Shown here piece by piece: positions 19,710 through 28,055 of a stretch of 64,000 bases of DNA. A program made the translations under genes and the position numbers. The notes under the pieces are model-generated. The model was not told where the DNA came from and did not search any database. It saw nothing but the letters and a program-made list of their open reading frames with translations. This stretch comes from an uncultured Muribaculaceae bacterium (GTDB taxonomy: Bacteria > Bacillota_I > Bacilli_A > RF39 > UBA660), in NCBI GenBank assembly GCA_964533935.1, contig CAZHOG010000005.1:6402-70401 (forward strand), read 5' to 3'. The stretch's first letter is position 1; each line of letters begins with the position of its first letter.

Positions 19710-20375
19710 ATGAATATTTTAATTGTTGATGATGAAGAATTAATAAGAAATGTTATTAAAGAATATTTAATAATTGAAAACTACAAATTTGATGAAGCTA
19801 AAGATGGAAAAGAAGCAATCAAATTAGCTGAAAAAAATAATTATGATTTAATAATTATGGATATAATGATGCCTGAAATGGATGGATATCAAGCGGTTAA
19901 AAAAATTAAAAGCTTTAATTCAAGTATTCCATTTATAATGTTGTCTGCACGTGGAGAAGAATATGATAAATTAATTGGGTTTGATTTAGGGGTTGATGAT
20001 TATGTTACAAAACCATTTTCACCTAAGGAATTAATTGCAAGAATAAAAGCTATAACAAAAAGAAATAATAATAAAAATGAATTAGTGTGTTTTGATGGAA
20101 TAAAAATTGATAGCAAGGCCCATGAAGTTTATGTTGATAATCAATTAATAACATTGACACCAAAAGAATATGAACTATTAAATTATTTAATAGATAATAG
20201 AAATATAGTTTTATCTAGAGAACAATTATTAACTAATGTCTGGGGATATGACTTTTATGGTGATGATCGTACTATAGATACCCATATAAAGACACTAAGA
20301 AGTAACATTGGAAAATATAGGGATTTAATTAAAACTGTTAGAAAAGTAGGTTATAAATTTGAATACAGAGACTAA
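19710..20375 (+). CDS. OmpR-family response regulator
   Basis: A receiver domain (ILIVDDEELIR...DLIIMDIMMPEMDG) is followed by a winged-helix region (LTPKEYELLNYL...TLRSNI). RBS AAGAGGTGA. Confidence 0.85.
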   Translation: MNILIVDDEELIRNVIKEYLIIENYKFDEAKDGKEAIKLAEKNNYDLIIMDIMMPEMDGYQAVKKIKSFNSSIPFIMLSARGEEYDKLIGFDLGVDDYVTKPFSPKELIARIKAITKRNNNKNELVCFDGIKIDSKAHEVYVDNQLITLTPKEYELLNYLIDNRNIVLSREQLLTNVWGYDFYGDDRTIDTHIKTLRSNIGKYRDLIKTVRKVGYKFEYRD

Positions 20376-21750
20376 GAAACAAACAAGAAGTATAAATTTT
20401 AAGACGCTATGTTACTTAGTGGTTTTCAGTGTTTCAATATTATTATTATTATGGATATTTCAAATAGCATTTTTAAATTACTTTTATGAAAAATATCAAA
20501 TTAATAATGTTACAAAAATTGTTGATAAAATAAATAATTCTAATTTGGATGAAATTAATTTAAATATAGAAGCATTGGCTTATAAAAACAACGTTTGTAT
20601 TCAAATAGATAATTATAATGGTATTTCAGAAAAATATAATCTTATGATGAATGGCTGTGAATTAAATAATAAAAGTAAAATATACCAATATAAAAATGAA
20701 ATAATAAAATCAAATAAAAAATATACTGCAATTAAAATTGTTGATAAGAATTTTGCAACCAAAGGTATATTGTATGGAGTAAAAAAAATGGATTCATATA
20801 TTTATATCTATGCTCCACTTGAAGAAATAAATTCAACTTCCGTTATTTTAAAAAATCAAATCATCTATATTTTTGCAATAGTATTAATTATATCTATTGT
20901 AGTATCTTACTTTTTATCTAAAAAAATTACAGAACCTATTTCAAGAATAACAAAAAAAGCCAAAGAACTAGGAAATGGAAATTATGATTTGAAAATCGAG
21001 TCTAGTGATATTACTGAAATAAATGAACTCGCAACAACATTAAATGAAGTAGGTAATGAATTATCTAAAACAGATGAAATGCGAAGAGATTTAATGGCTA
21101 ATGTATCTCATGACTTAAAAACACCTTTGACAATGATTAAAGCTTATGCAGAAATGATAAGAGATATTTCTTATAAGGATGATAAAAAAAGAGATGAACA
21201 TCTAAATATAATTATTGATGAAACAGATAGATTAACAATTTTAGTTAATGATATTTTAGAATTATCAAAAGAAGAAGCAAATGCTGATTATTTAAAAATA
21301 GAAGAATACGATATAGTTTCAGAAATTAAAAATATTATTAAAAAATATGAAATAATAAAAGAAACAGAGAATTACAATTTTATTTTAGAAATGCCAGAGC
21401 AAGCAATAGTAAACGCAGATAAGAATAAAATCAATCAAGTTGTATACAATTTAATTAATAATGCTATTAATTATACTGGTGATGATAAAGTAGTTATTAT
21501 TAAAGTTAGTGAAAGCCAAGATGAATATTTGATAGAAATCATTGATACAGGAAAGGGTATTTCAAATAAAGATATAAAATATATTTGGGACAGATATTAT
21601 AAAAAAGAAAAAAATCATAAGCGCAGTGTTGTAGGAAGTGGTGTTGGATTATCTATTGTAAAAAATATTTTGATAAGACATAATTTTGAATACGGCGTTA
21701 AAAGTAAAAAAAATAAAGGAACTACTTTCTATTTTAGAATTCCAAAATAA
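20359..21750 (+). CDS. Sensor histidine kinase (HisKA + HATPase_c)
   Basis: Two TM helices, then the H-box ANVSHDLKTPLT. N-box (NLINNAINYT) and G-boxes (IDTGKGIS, GSGVGLSIV) follow. The TTG start overlaps the end of the response-regulator gene. Confidence 0.85.
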   Translation: MNTETKKQTRSINFKTLCYLVVFSVSILLLLWIFQIAFLNYFYEKYQINNVTKIVDKINNSNLDEINLNIEALAYKNNVCIQIDNYNGISEKYNLMMNGCELNNKSKIYQYKNEIIKSNKKYTAIKIVDKNFATKGILYGVKKMDSYIYIYAPLEEINSTSVILKNQIIYIFAIVLIISIVVSYFLSKKITEPISRITKKAKELGNGNYDLKIESSDITEINELATTLNEVGNELSKTDEMRRDLMANVSHDLKTPLTMIKAYAEMIRDISYKDDKKRDEHLNIIIDETDRLTILVNDILELSKEEANADYLKIEEYDIVSEIKNIIKKYEIIKETENYNFILEMPEQAIVNADKNKINQVVYNLINNAINYTGDDKVVIIKVSESQDEYLIEIIDTGKGISNKDIKYIWDRYYKKEKNHKRSVVGSGVGLSIVKNILIRHNFEYGVKSKKNKGTTFYFRIPK

Positions 21751-21910
21751 TTCACATTAATTTCACACAATTATCACTTTTATGATTTAAAATGAAAATA
21801 TGAAAGAGAGATGATGTGAAGAATAAAAAAGTAGTCAAATAAAAAATAAACATAAACTCTATATATAAAAAATTTTAAATAAATATAAACTCAAACTCAC
21901 ACTTTTTAGA

Positions 21911-21945
21911 AAAAAGACTACGCTATGTCTTTTTTCTTTTTTTAT
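21911..21945 (+). terminator. AT-rich terminator-like hairpin after the two-component operon
   Basis: AAAAAGAC-tacgctat-GTCTTTTT followed by CTTTTTTT. Confidence 0.3.
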
Positions 21946-21990
21946 AAAAAATTATTTGATATAATATGTATTAGAATCGAGGATTAAAAT

Positions 21991-22503
21991 ATGACTGAAA
22001 AAGTAGCAAAAATAATGGTGGGATTATTCGGTGGCTTAGGCGGCGCTTTAGTTGGAAAATATATTACAATATTTATAATAAGCTTAATGCCTATTTTAGA
22101 ATTACGTGGAGGTTTAATTGCAGCAAAATTATTAGGATTATCTGCAGTACAAAGTTTTATTATTTGTTTTATAGGAAACATTCTTCCAATTCCAATTATT
22201 TTATGGTTAATTGAACCAATATTTAAATTTTTAAGAAGATGGAGTTTCTTTGAAAGATTTATTTCATGGTGTGAAAAAAAAGCACACTCTAAAAAGGAAC
22301 AAATTGAGAACTTGAAATATTTTGGATTATTCTTATTTGTTGGAATACCATTACCAGGAACTGGTGCTTGGACAGGATGTCTTATTGCATCTTTATTAGG
22401 TATGGATAAGAAAAAATGTACAATTGCTGCTATAGGCGGCGTAATATTGGCAGGAATAATAATGCTAATATTTAGTTATGGTGTATTAGGATTGGTGATA
22501 TAG
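21991..22503 (+). CDS. COG2426-type putative small multidrug export protein
   Basis: 170 aa membrane protein. GGLGGALVGKY...LELRGGLIAAKLLGL matches the Sm_multidrug_ex family pattern. Confidence 0.5.
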   Translation: MTEKVAKIMVGLFGGLGGALVGKYITIFIISLMPILELRGGLIAAKLLGLSAVQSFIICFIGNILPIPIILWLIEPIFKFLRRWSFFERFISWCEKKAHSKKEQIENLKYFGLFLFVGIPLPGTGAWTGCLIASLLGMDKKKCTIAAIGGVILAGIIMLIFSYGVLGLVI

Positions 22504-23120
22504 TGACAAAATTATATTTGATTATAAATAATTGCTTTATGGCTGAAAATATTATTTATAAAGATTATATAGATTTAGATACTAAAAGGCAAAACCGACC
22601 ATTAAATGTTAATGGTGAAAAAGTAGCTTTGACAATAGCAAAGAAAAAAAATCTTCAAGATGTTGATCAAGTCTTTTCTTCTACATTTTTTTCAGCGATT
22701 GATTCTGCTAAATATTTATCAGATAAATTAAATTTAGATTTAGTGATTGATAATCGACTTAATGATAGAGTTGTTGGAGATTTAAATGATTCAAATTTGA
22801 ATTTAAGAAATTTACAAGAACATGATTTTGATTATAAATTAGTTGGTGGAGAATCATTAAATGATGTCAAAGAAAGAATATCTAATGCAATAAAAGAAAT
22901 AATTCAAAATAATGAGGATTCAAGTATTGCGGTATTTACTCATAATATTCCTGCACTTTGCTTATTATCTATTTGGTGTGAAAAAGGATTTAATTATGAA
23001 GAAAAATTAATTCTTGATTACAAAGAATCTGTTATTTATGATGGAATGCGCAGTGAATATAATATATATGAATTAGTTTTTGAAAAAGAAAAAATTATTG
23101 ATATTAATAAAATTAATTAG
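22503..23120 (+). CDS. Histidine phosphatase (PGM-branch) superfamily protein with a degenerate catalytic motif
   Basis: The GTG start overlaps the previous stop. TKLYLIINNCFMAEN aligns where PGM-like enzymes have KLYLIRHGETEWN, so the RHG residues are replaced by NNC. The C-terminal VFTHNIPALCLL resembles the VVSHGGVIRAL block. Confidence 0.45.
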   Translation: MTKLYLIINNCFMAENIIYKDYIDLDTKRQNRPLNVNGEKVALTIAKKKNLQDVDQVFSSTFFSAIDSAKYLSDKLNLDLVIDNRLNDRVVGDLNDSNLNLRNLQEHDFDYKLVGGESLNDVKERISNAIKEIIQNNEDSSIAVFTHNIPALCLLSIWCEKGFNYEEKLILDYKESVIYDGMRSEYNIYELVFEKEKIIDINKIN

Positions 23121-23168
23121 TAGAAATACTAATTTTTTTATTATTAGTAGCATAATATAATTTAGTAC

Positions 23169-23197
23169 TTGACAAAACCAAGTAGTAGATATATTAT
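23169..23197 (+). promoter_or_regulatory. Near-consensus sigma-A promoter (-35 TTGACA, 17 nt spacer, -10 TATTAT) for the padR-DUF1700 operon
   Basis: TTGACA at 23169-23174 and TATTAT at 23192-23197. Confidence 0.55.
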
Positions 23198-23267
23198 ATT
23201 ACTTGTAAAGAGGTGATCTGAAATAAATACTCAATTTAAAAAAGGAGTTTTAGAATTACTTGTTTTA

Positions 23268-23549
23268 GTGATGGTAGAAAAAAAAGATATGTATGGATAC
23301 GAATTAGTTGAAGCAGTTTCAAAGATTGTTGATGTAAATGAAGGAACCATATATCCTATTTTAAAAAGATTAACAAATGAAAATCTTTTTGAAACTTATC
23401 TAGAAGAATCTAAAGAAGGTCCTGTTAGAAAATATTATCATATTACAGTAAATGGAAAAAAGAAAAAGAAAGAACAATTAGAAGAATGGTTGAAATTCGA
23501 GTCAAGCGTAAATGAATTTATAAAAAAAGGAGATAAAAATAATGAATAA
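23268..23549 (+). CDS. PadR family transcriptional regulator; the annotated start truncates the conserved N-terminal helix (see finding)
   Basis: DMYGYELVEAVSKI...EGTIYPILKRLTNENLFETYLEESKEGPVRKYYHIT is a PadR winged HTH. The in-frame upstream translation QFKKGVLELLVLV is the conserved helix-1 but has no ATG, GTG or TTG. Confidence 0.7.
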   Translation: MMVEKKDMYGYELVEAVSKIVDVNEGTIYPILKRLTNENLFETYLEESKEGPVRKYYHITVNGKKKKKEQLEEWLKFESSVNEFIKKGDKNNE

Positions 23550-24933
23550 AGAAGAGTTTATAAATAAGTTAAGAAAAAAATTAAATATATTAGAAAAAAA
23601 TGAAATAGAAGATATTGTAGAAGAATATGAAGGCTACATAGAAGAAAAAATTAATAGTGGAATGTCTGAAACTGATGCGGTTAAAGCTTTGGGAGACATA
23701 GATGAAATAACAAAAGATTTACTAAGTGCATATAAAATAAAAGATAATTATTCAAATAATAGAGGGATAAATTTAATAAATAATTTTACTGATGCAGTTA
23801 TGGATGGCATTGATTCATTTATTGCAATATTTAGACATAAAAGCTCTAGAGAGGTAGCTAAAATTATTGTTGAAATTATAATGCTATTTATTATTATTTC
23901 AATATGTAGAATTCCATTTATTATATTGTCAGATATTGGCTATGATGCTTTAATGACATTTGGTAATACTGTAGGAAGCATTTTATATCATATTTGGGAT
24001 TTAATTATAAATATTATATATTTCTGTTTAGCTATTATTTTCTTCTTTAAAATATTAAAAGAAAGAATAATTGGTGAAAATACACCAGAAGTTAATCCAA
24101 GTGAAAAGAAAACTACTTCTAAAGGAAGCAAAACAAATGAAAAATCAAATACAAAAGTTGATGCTAAAAATGAAAGAACAAGCATAATAGATGTCTTTGC
24201 AAATATATTTTTATTCTTTGTTAAATTTATTGTAGCATTTATTGCTATAGGTAATGGTTTCTTTATTGCCGGATGCTCTTGCTGTTTAGCTATAAGTATT
24301 TTCTTGATTTGTAAAGGTGTAACATATTTCGGAATTACATTACTTGCTATAGCTGTACTTGCATTTTCAATTGCTATATTTGAATTATTGATAAATTTTA
24401 TATTTGATAGAAAAAATAATTTTTGTAAATTTTTAATTATTATATTATCTTCATTAATAGTTGGTGGAACAGGGATGGGATTGTTTGCAACTGAAATAGC
24501 AGAATCTTCTTTTGATACAAAAGTGCCATCAAATATTAAATTTGATACAATTGAAAAAAATATTGAAATGCAAGATAACATTGTTTTTCCAAGTTACTAT
24601 AATCTTATTGTTGATGAAGAAATGGGAAATGATATAAAGATTGTATACAATTATTCACAAGAATATATTGACCTTAAAGTAAATGTCAGAACTTATGATG
24701 ATGGTGAATATGTGATATATCACCCAGATTTCAATGCTTCATGGAGTAATAAAACTTTAAATAGAATCATAAAAGATGCTAAAGCTAAAAAATTCTTTGA
24801 TTATAGTAAACTGTTAAGTGTTAAGATTTATGTTAATAAAGAAAACTATGATAAATTAATTGCCAATCGTGAAAATTATGGAATAGTTAATGACAATTGC
24901 TATTGTATTAATGGTTATTGTGAATGTGATTAA
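23542..24933 (+). CDS. DUF1700 domain membrane protein (PadR-associated) with a Cys-rich C-terminus
   Basis: MNKEEFINKLRKKLNILEKNEIEDIVEEYEGYIEE is the DUF1700 N-terminus. Multiple TM helices follow, and the protein ends in NDNCYCINGYCECD. It overlaps the padR stop. Confidence 0.6.
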   Translation: MNKEEFINKLRKKLNILEKNEIEDIVEEYEGYIEEKINSGMSETDAVKALGDIDEITKDLLSAYKIKDNYSNNRGINLINNFTDAVMDGIDSFIAIFRHKSSREVAKIIVEIIMLFIIISICRIPFIILSDIGYDALMTFGNTVGSILYHIWDLIINIIYFCLAIIFFFKILKERIIGENTPEVNPSEKKTTSKGSKTNEKSNTKVDAKNERTSIIDVFANIFLFFVKFIVAFIAIGNGFFIAGCSCCLAISIFLICKGVTYFGITLLAIAVLAFSIAIFELLINFIFDRKNNFCKFLIIILSSLIVGGTGMGLFATEIAESSFDTKVPSNIKFDTIEKNIEMQDNIVFPSYYNLIVDEEMGNDIKIVYNYSQEYIDLKVNVRTYDDGEYVIYHPDFNASWSNKTLNRIIKDAKAKKFFDYSKLLSVKIYVNKENYDKLIANRENYGIVNDNCYCINGYCECD

Positions 24934-25116
24934 ATGTAGATTAATATCTACATTTTTTTATTATCTTTTTATGAATAAAATACTTGTTTTATTTATATAA
25001 TTATGGTATTATCAATAGTGATTTATATATTGATTTATATAAATGTAATAAGTGGAAGGGAACGCGGATTAGCCCAAACCACTTACGCGAACCAAATTAT
25101 TATAGGAGGTGTTATC

Positions 25117-25548
25117 GTGGCTAAAGAAATCGTAAGAAGAATTAAATTACAAATCGACGCTGGTAAAGCTACACCTGCTCCACCAGTTGGAACAGCGCTT
25201 GGACCTGCTGGAGTAAACATCCAAGAATTCTGTACTAAATTTAATGATGCAACAAGAGAAAAGATGGGTACTATCGTTCCTTGTGAAATATCAGTATATG
25301 ATGACAGAAGTTTTGATTTTGTATTAAAGACTCCACCAGCTGGATTCTTAATAAAACAAGCTGCTAAAATTCAAAAAGGAAGTAGTAAAGGTGCTAATGA
25401 AACAGTTGCAACTTTATCACAAGAACAATTAAGAACTATAGCAGAAACAAAATTGCCAGATTTAAACGCATATGACGTAGATGCAGCAATGAATATTATT
25501 GCTGGAACTGCAAAAAATATGGGTGTTAAAATCGAAGACGAAAAATAA
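25117..25548 (+). CDS. rplK: 50S ribosomal protein L11
   Basis: GTG start 6 nt after [48 protein letters not shown]. Confidence 0.9.
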   Translation: MAKEIVRRIKLQIDAGKATPAPPVGTALGPAGVNIQEFCTKFNDATREKMGTIVPCEISVYDDRSFDFVLKTPPAGFLIKQAAKIQKGSSKGANETVATLSQEQLRTIAETKLPDLNAYDVDAAMNIIAGTAKNMGVKIEDEK

Positions 25549-25606
25549 TAAAAGAAATTTAATATTTCAAATCCGCCAAATAAACCACAGTTAGGAGGAA
25601 AAAAAG

Positions 25607-26305
25607 ATGAGAAAATCAAGTAAGAAATATGTGGAAGCTTCTAGTAAAGTAGAAAAAAATAATTTTTATTCTATTGATGAAGCAGTTAAATTAGTTAAAG
25701 AAACATCTATAACTAAATTTGATGGAACTGTTGAAGTTGCAATCAAACTTAATGTTGATCCTAAAAAAGCAGATCAACAATTAAGAGGATCTCTAGTTTT
25801 ACCTAACGGATCAGGAAAATCTAAAAAGATTTTAGTAATAGCAAAAGGTACTGCTGCTGAAGCCGCAAAAAATGCTGGTGCTGATTATGTTGGAGAAAAA
25901 GATATGATCGAAAAAATCCAAAAAGAAAATTGGTTTGATTTTGATGTAATTATCGCAACTCCAGATATGATGCCTGAATTAGGAAAAATTGGTAGAGTTT
26001 TAGGACCTAAAGGTTTAATGCCAAACCCTAAAACTGGTACTGTAACAGTTAACCCAGTTAAAACTATTGAAGATATCAAAAAAGGTATGGTTGAATTCAA
26101 AACTGATTCTTTTGGAAACATTCATACTATCATTGGTAAAATTTCATTTGACGATAAAAAATTAGCTGAAAATTTAACTTATGTTATTTCTACAATAATA
26201 AAATTAAAACCAGCTTCTGTTAAAGGAAAATTTATAACTAATATTTCTATAGCTTCAACAATGGGCCCTGGAATTAAATTAGATCAAAATTCTTTTGACA
26301 TTTAA
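25607..26305 (+). CDS. rplA: 50S ribosomal protein L1
   Basis: GGAGG RBS. KFDGTVEVAIKLNVDPKKADQQLRGSLVLPNG...GRVLGPKGLMPNPKTGTVT. Confidence 0.9.
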   Translation: MRKSSKKYVEASSKVEKNNFYSIDEAVKLVKETSITKFDGTVEVAIKLNVDPKKADQQLRGSLVLPNGSGKSKKILVIAKGTAAEAAKNAGADYVGEKDMIEKIQKENWFDFDVIIATPDMMPELGKIGRVLGPKGLMPNPKTGTVTVNPVKTIEDIKKGMVEFKTDSFGNIHTIIGKISFDDKKLAENLTYVISTIIKLKPASVKGKFITNISIASTMGPGIKLDQNSFDI

Positions 26306-26319
26306 TCAAAAATGTAATA

Positions 26320-26455
26320 AAATACTACTGAAAAAGCGATTAACCAGAGACAGCATGGGAAGTAATTCTTAATAATCATGCCGAGGGAAATCTTAATTCA
26401 TACTTTTTATGATTTAAGCTTTTCATACGGGAAAGCTTTTTTAGTAAAATAAGGA
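26320..26455 (+). promoter_or_regulatory. Ribosomal protein L10 (rplJ) leader-like autoregulatory 5' region with an attenuator hairpin
   Basis: A 158-nt structured gap lies between rplA and rplJ. The hairpin AAGCTTTTC-atacgg-GAAAGCTT followed by TTTTTAG precedes the rplJ RBS. This matches the position and architecture of the Firmicutes L10 leader. Confidence 0.45.
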
Positions 26456-26463
26456 GGAATTAT

Positions 26464-26955
26464 ATGGCAAGTACAAAAATTCTTAATGCAAAAAAAGAAG
26501 TCGTTGCACAAATCACTGATAAGATTAAAAATAGCGAATCAGTTATTGTTTTCCAATATCAAGGATTAACTGTTGACGAATTAAGCGAATTAAGAAAAAG
26601 CCTAAGAGAAGTTAATGCTGAAGTTAAAGTTTATAAGAATACTTTATTAATGAGATCTTTAGACGATTTAAATATCAGTTTAGATGGATTCTTAGAAGGA
26701 CCAAACGCTATACTTTTTGGTAAAAATTTATTAGAACCAATTAAGGTTATTGCTGATTTTGCAAAAAAACACGATAAACTAAGTATTAGAGTTGGAATTA
26801 TTAGTGGCGAAACAGCTGATTTAGCTACTATAAATGAATATGCAAATATTCCATCATTCGAAGGATTGTTAACAATGCTTGCTGGTGGTATGATTCAACA
26901 TGTTCGTGACTTATCTATAGGATTAAACCTATACGCAGAAGGCCTAGAAAAATAA
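26464..26955 (+). CDS. rplJ: 50S ribosomal protein L10
   Basis: AAGGAGG RBS. MASTKILNAKKEVVAQITDKIKNSESVIVFQYQGLTVDELSELR. Confidence 0.9.
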   Translation: MASTKILNAKKEVVAQITDKIKNSESVIVFQYQGLTVDELSELRKSLREVNAEVKVYKNTLLMRSLDDLNISLDGFLEGPNAILFGKNLLEPIKVIADFAKKHDKLSIRVGIISGETADLATINEYANIPSFEGLLTMLAGGMIQHVRDLSIGLNLYAEGLEK

Positions 26956-26974
26956 GAAAGAGGAGGAATTTTAA

Positions 26975-27340
26975 ATGGCAAAATTTACAAAAGATGAATT
27001 CATTAATGGATTAAAAGAAATGACTATTCTTGAAGTTAAAGAATTAGTTGATGCAATGAAAGAAGAATTTGGAGTTGATCCAAGTGCTGTAGCTGTAGCT
27101 GCTGCTGCTCCTGCAGAAGCTGCTGAAGAAAATGCTGCTAAAACAGTAGTATTAAAATCAGCTGGTGGAAATAAAATTGCAGTTATTAAGATTTTAAAAG
27201 AAATTACTGGCTTAGGATTAGTTGACGCTAAAGCATTAGCTGACAACGGTGGAAATGTTAAAGAAAACGTTCCTGCTGATGAAGCAAACGCTATTAAAGC
27301 TCAATTAGAAGAAGCTGGAGCAGAAATCGAATTAGCTTAA
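26975..27340 (+). CDS. rplL: 50S ribosomal protein L7/L12
   Basis: AGGAGG RBS. An Ala-rich hinge (AVAVAAAAPAEAAEE) and the C-terminus KEITGLGLVDAKALAD...EAGAEIELA. Confidence 0.9.
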   Translation: MAKFTKDEFINGLKEMTILEVKELVDAMKEEFGVDPSAVAVAAAAPAEAAEENAAKTVVLKSAGGNKIAVIKILKEITGLGLVDAKALADNGGNVKENVPADEANAIKAQLEEAGAEIELA

Positions 27341-27375
27341 TTTTATAAAAAAATTAGTAAATTGTGTAATAACTA

Positions 27376-27405
27376 TTGACAAAAATTAATAAGTTATTAT
27401 ATAAT
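27376..27405 (+). promoter_or_regulatory. Consensus sigma-A promoter for tRNA-Asn (-35 TTGACA, 18 nt spacer, -10 TATAAT)
   Basis: TTGACA at 27376-27381 and TATAAT at 27400-27405. Confidence 0.55.
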
Positions 27406-27416
27406 TTACTAGCAAT

Positions 27417-27492
27417 GCCCGATTAGCTCAGTTGGTAGAGCGCACGGCTGTTAACCGTTAGGTCGTAGGTCCGAGTCCTACATCGGGCGCCA
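27417..27492 (+). tRNA. tRNA-Asn (anticodon GTT), CCA encoded
   Basis: Manual fold: acceptor GCCCGAT/ATCGGGC, D arm GCTC-AGTTGGTA-GAGC, anticodon loop CTGTTAA, T arm GTAGG-TCCGAGT-CCTAC, discriminator G, then CCA. Confidence 0.85.
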
Positions 27493-27501
27493 TGAGAATT
27501 T

Positions 27502-27528
27502 AAACACTAGTTATGCTAGTGTTTTTTT
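27502..27528 (+). terminator. Rho-independent terminator after tRNA-Asn
   Basis: AAACACTAG-ttatg-CTAGTGTTT followed by TTTTT. Confidence 0.6.
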
Positions 27529-27605
27529 CATGCTTTTTCTAACATATATCACTAACTTATGATATAATATTATCTAGATATCATTTTTTTAAGGAGTGAT
27601 AAAAA

Positions 27606-28046
27606 GTGAAAGTAATTTTATTAAAAGATGTTAAAGGTCAAGGCAAAAAAGACCAAATAATAAATGTATCTGATGGTTATGCAAATAATTTTTTAATTAA
27701 GAATAATTTAGCAGTGGCAGAGACAAAAAGAAGTAAGGAAGTTTTAGATATTCAACTTGCAAAAAGACAAGCAGAAGAAGATAAAAGAGTAAGCGAATAT
27801 CAAGAAATTGCTGATAAGTTAAATAATAAAACAATTAATTTTCAAGTTAAAACTGGTGCACAGGATAAAGTTTTTGGAAACATATCAACAAAACAAATAA
27901 GTGAACAATTAAAAAAACTTGGATATACTATTGATAAAAAATGTATTCATCCCCTTTATGCTATAGATTCATTAGGAACACATAAAGTTGAAATTGAATT
28001 ACATAAAAAAGTCAAATTTAATATTAATGTAACATTAAAAAAGTAG
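27606..28046 (+). CDS. rplI: 50S ribosomal protein L9
   Basis: GTG start after [42 protein letters not shown]. An extended -10 TGaTATAAT lies at 27560-27568. Confidence 0.85.
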   Translation: MKVILLKDVKGQGKKDQIINVSDGYANNFLIKNNLAVAETKRSKEVLDIQLAKRQAEEDKRVSEYQEIADKLNNKTINFQVKTGAQDKVFGNISTKQISEQLKKLGYTIDKKCIHPLYAIDSLGTHKVEIELHKKVKFNINVTLKK

Positions 28047-28055
28047 GTGAATAGT

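Noticed and set aside
23988-24581. 197-aa minus-strand ORF
   Set aside because: It lies entirely within the DUF1700 gene on the opposite strand and has no RBS. The sense frame has the recognisable family N-terminus.
25371-27246. Minus-strand ORFs 25371-25619, 25885-26121 and 26971-27246
   Set aside because: Antisense within the rplK, rplA and rplL ribosomal protein genes.
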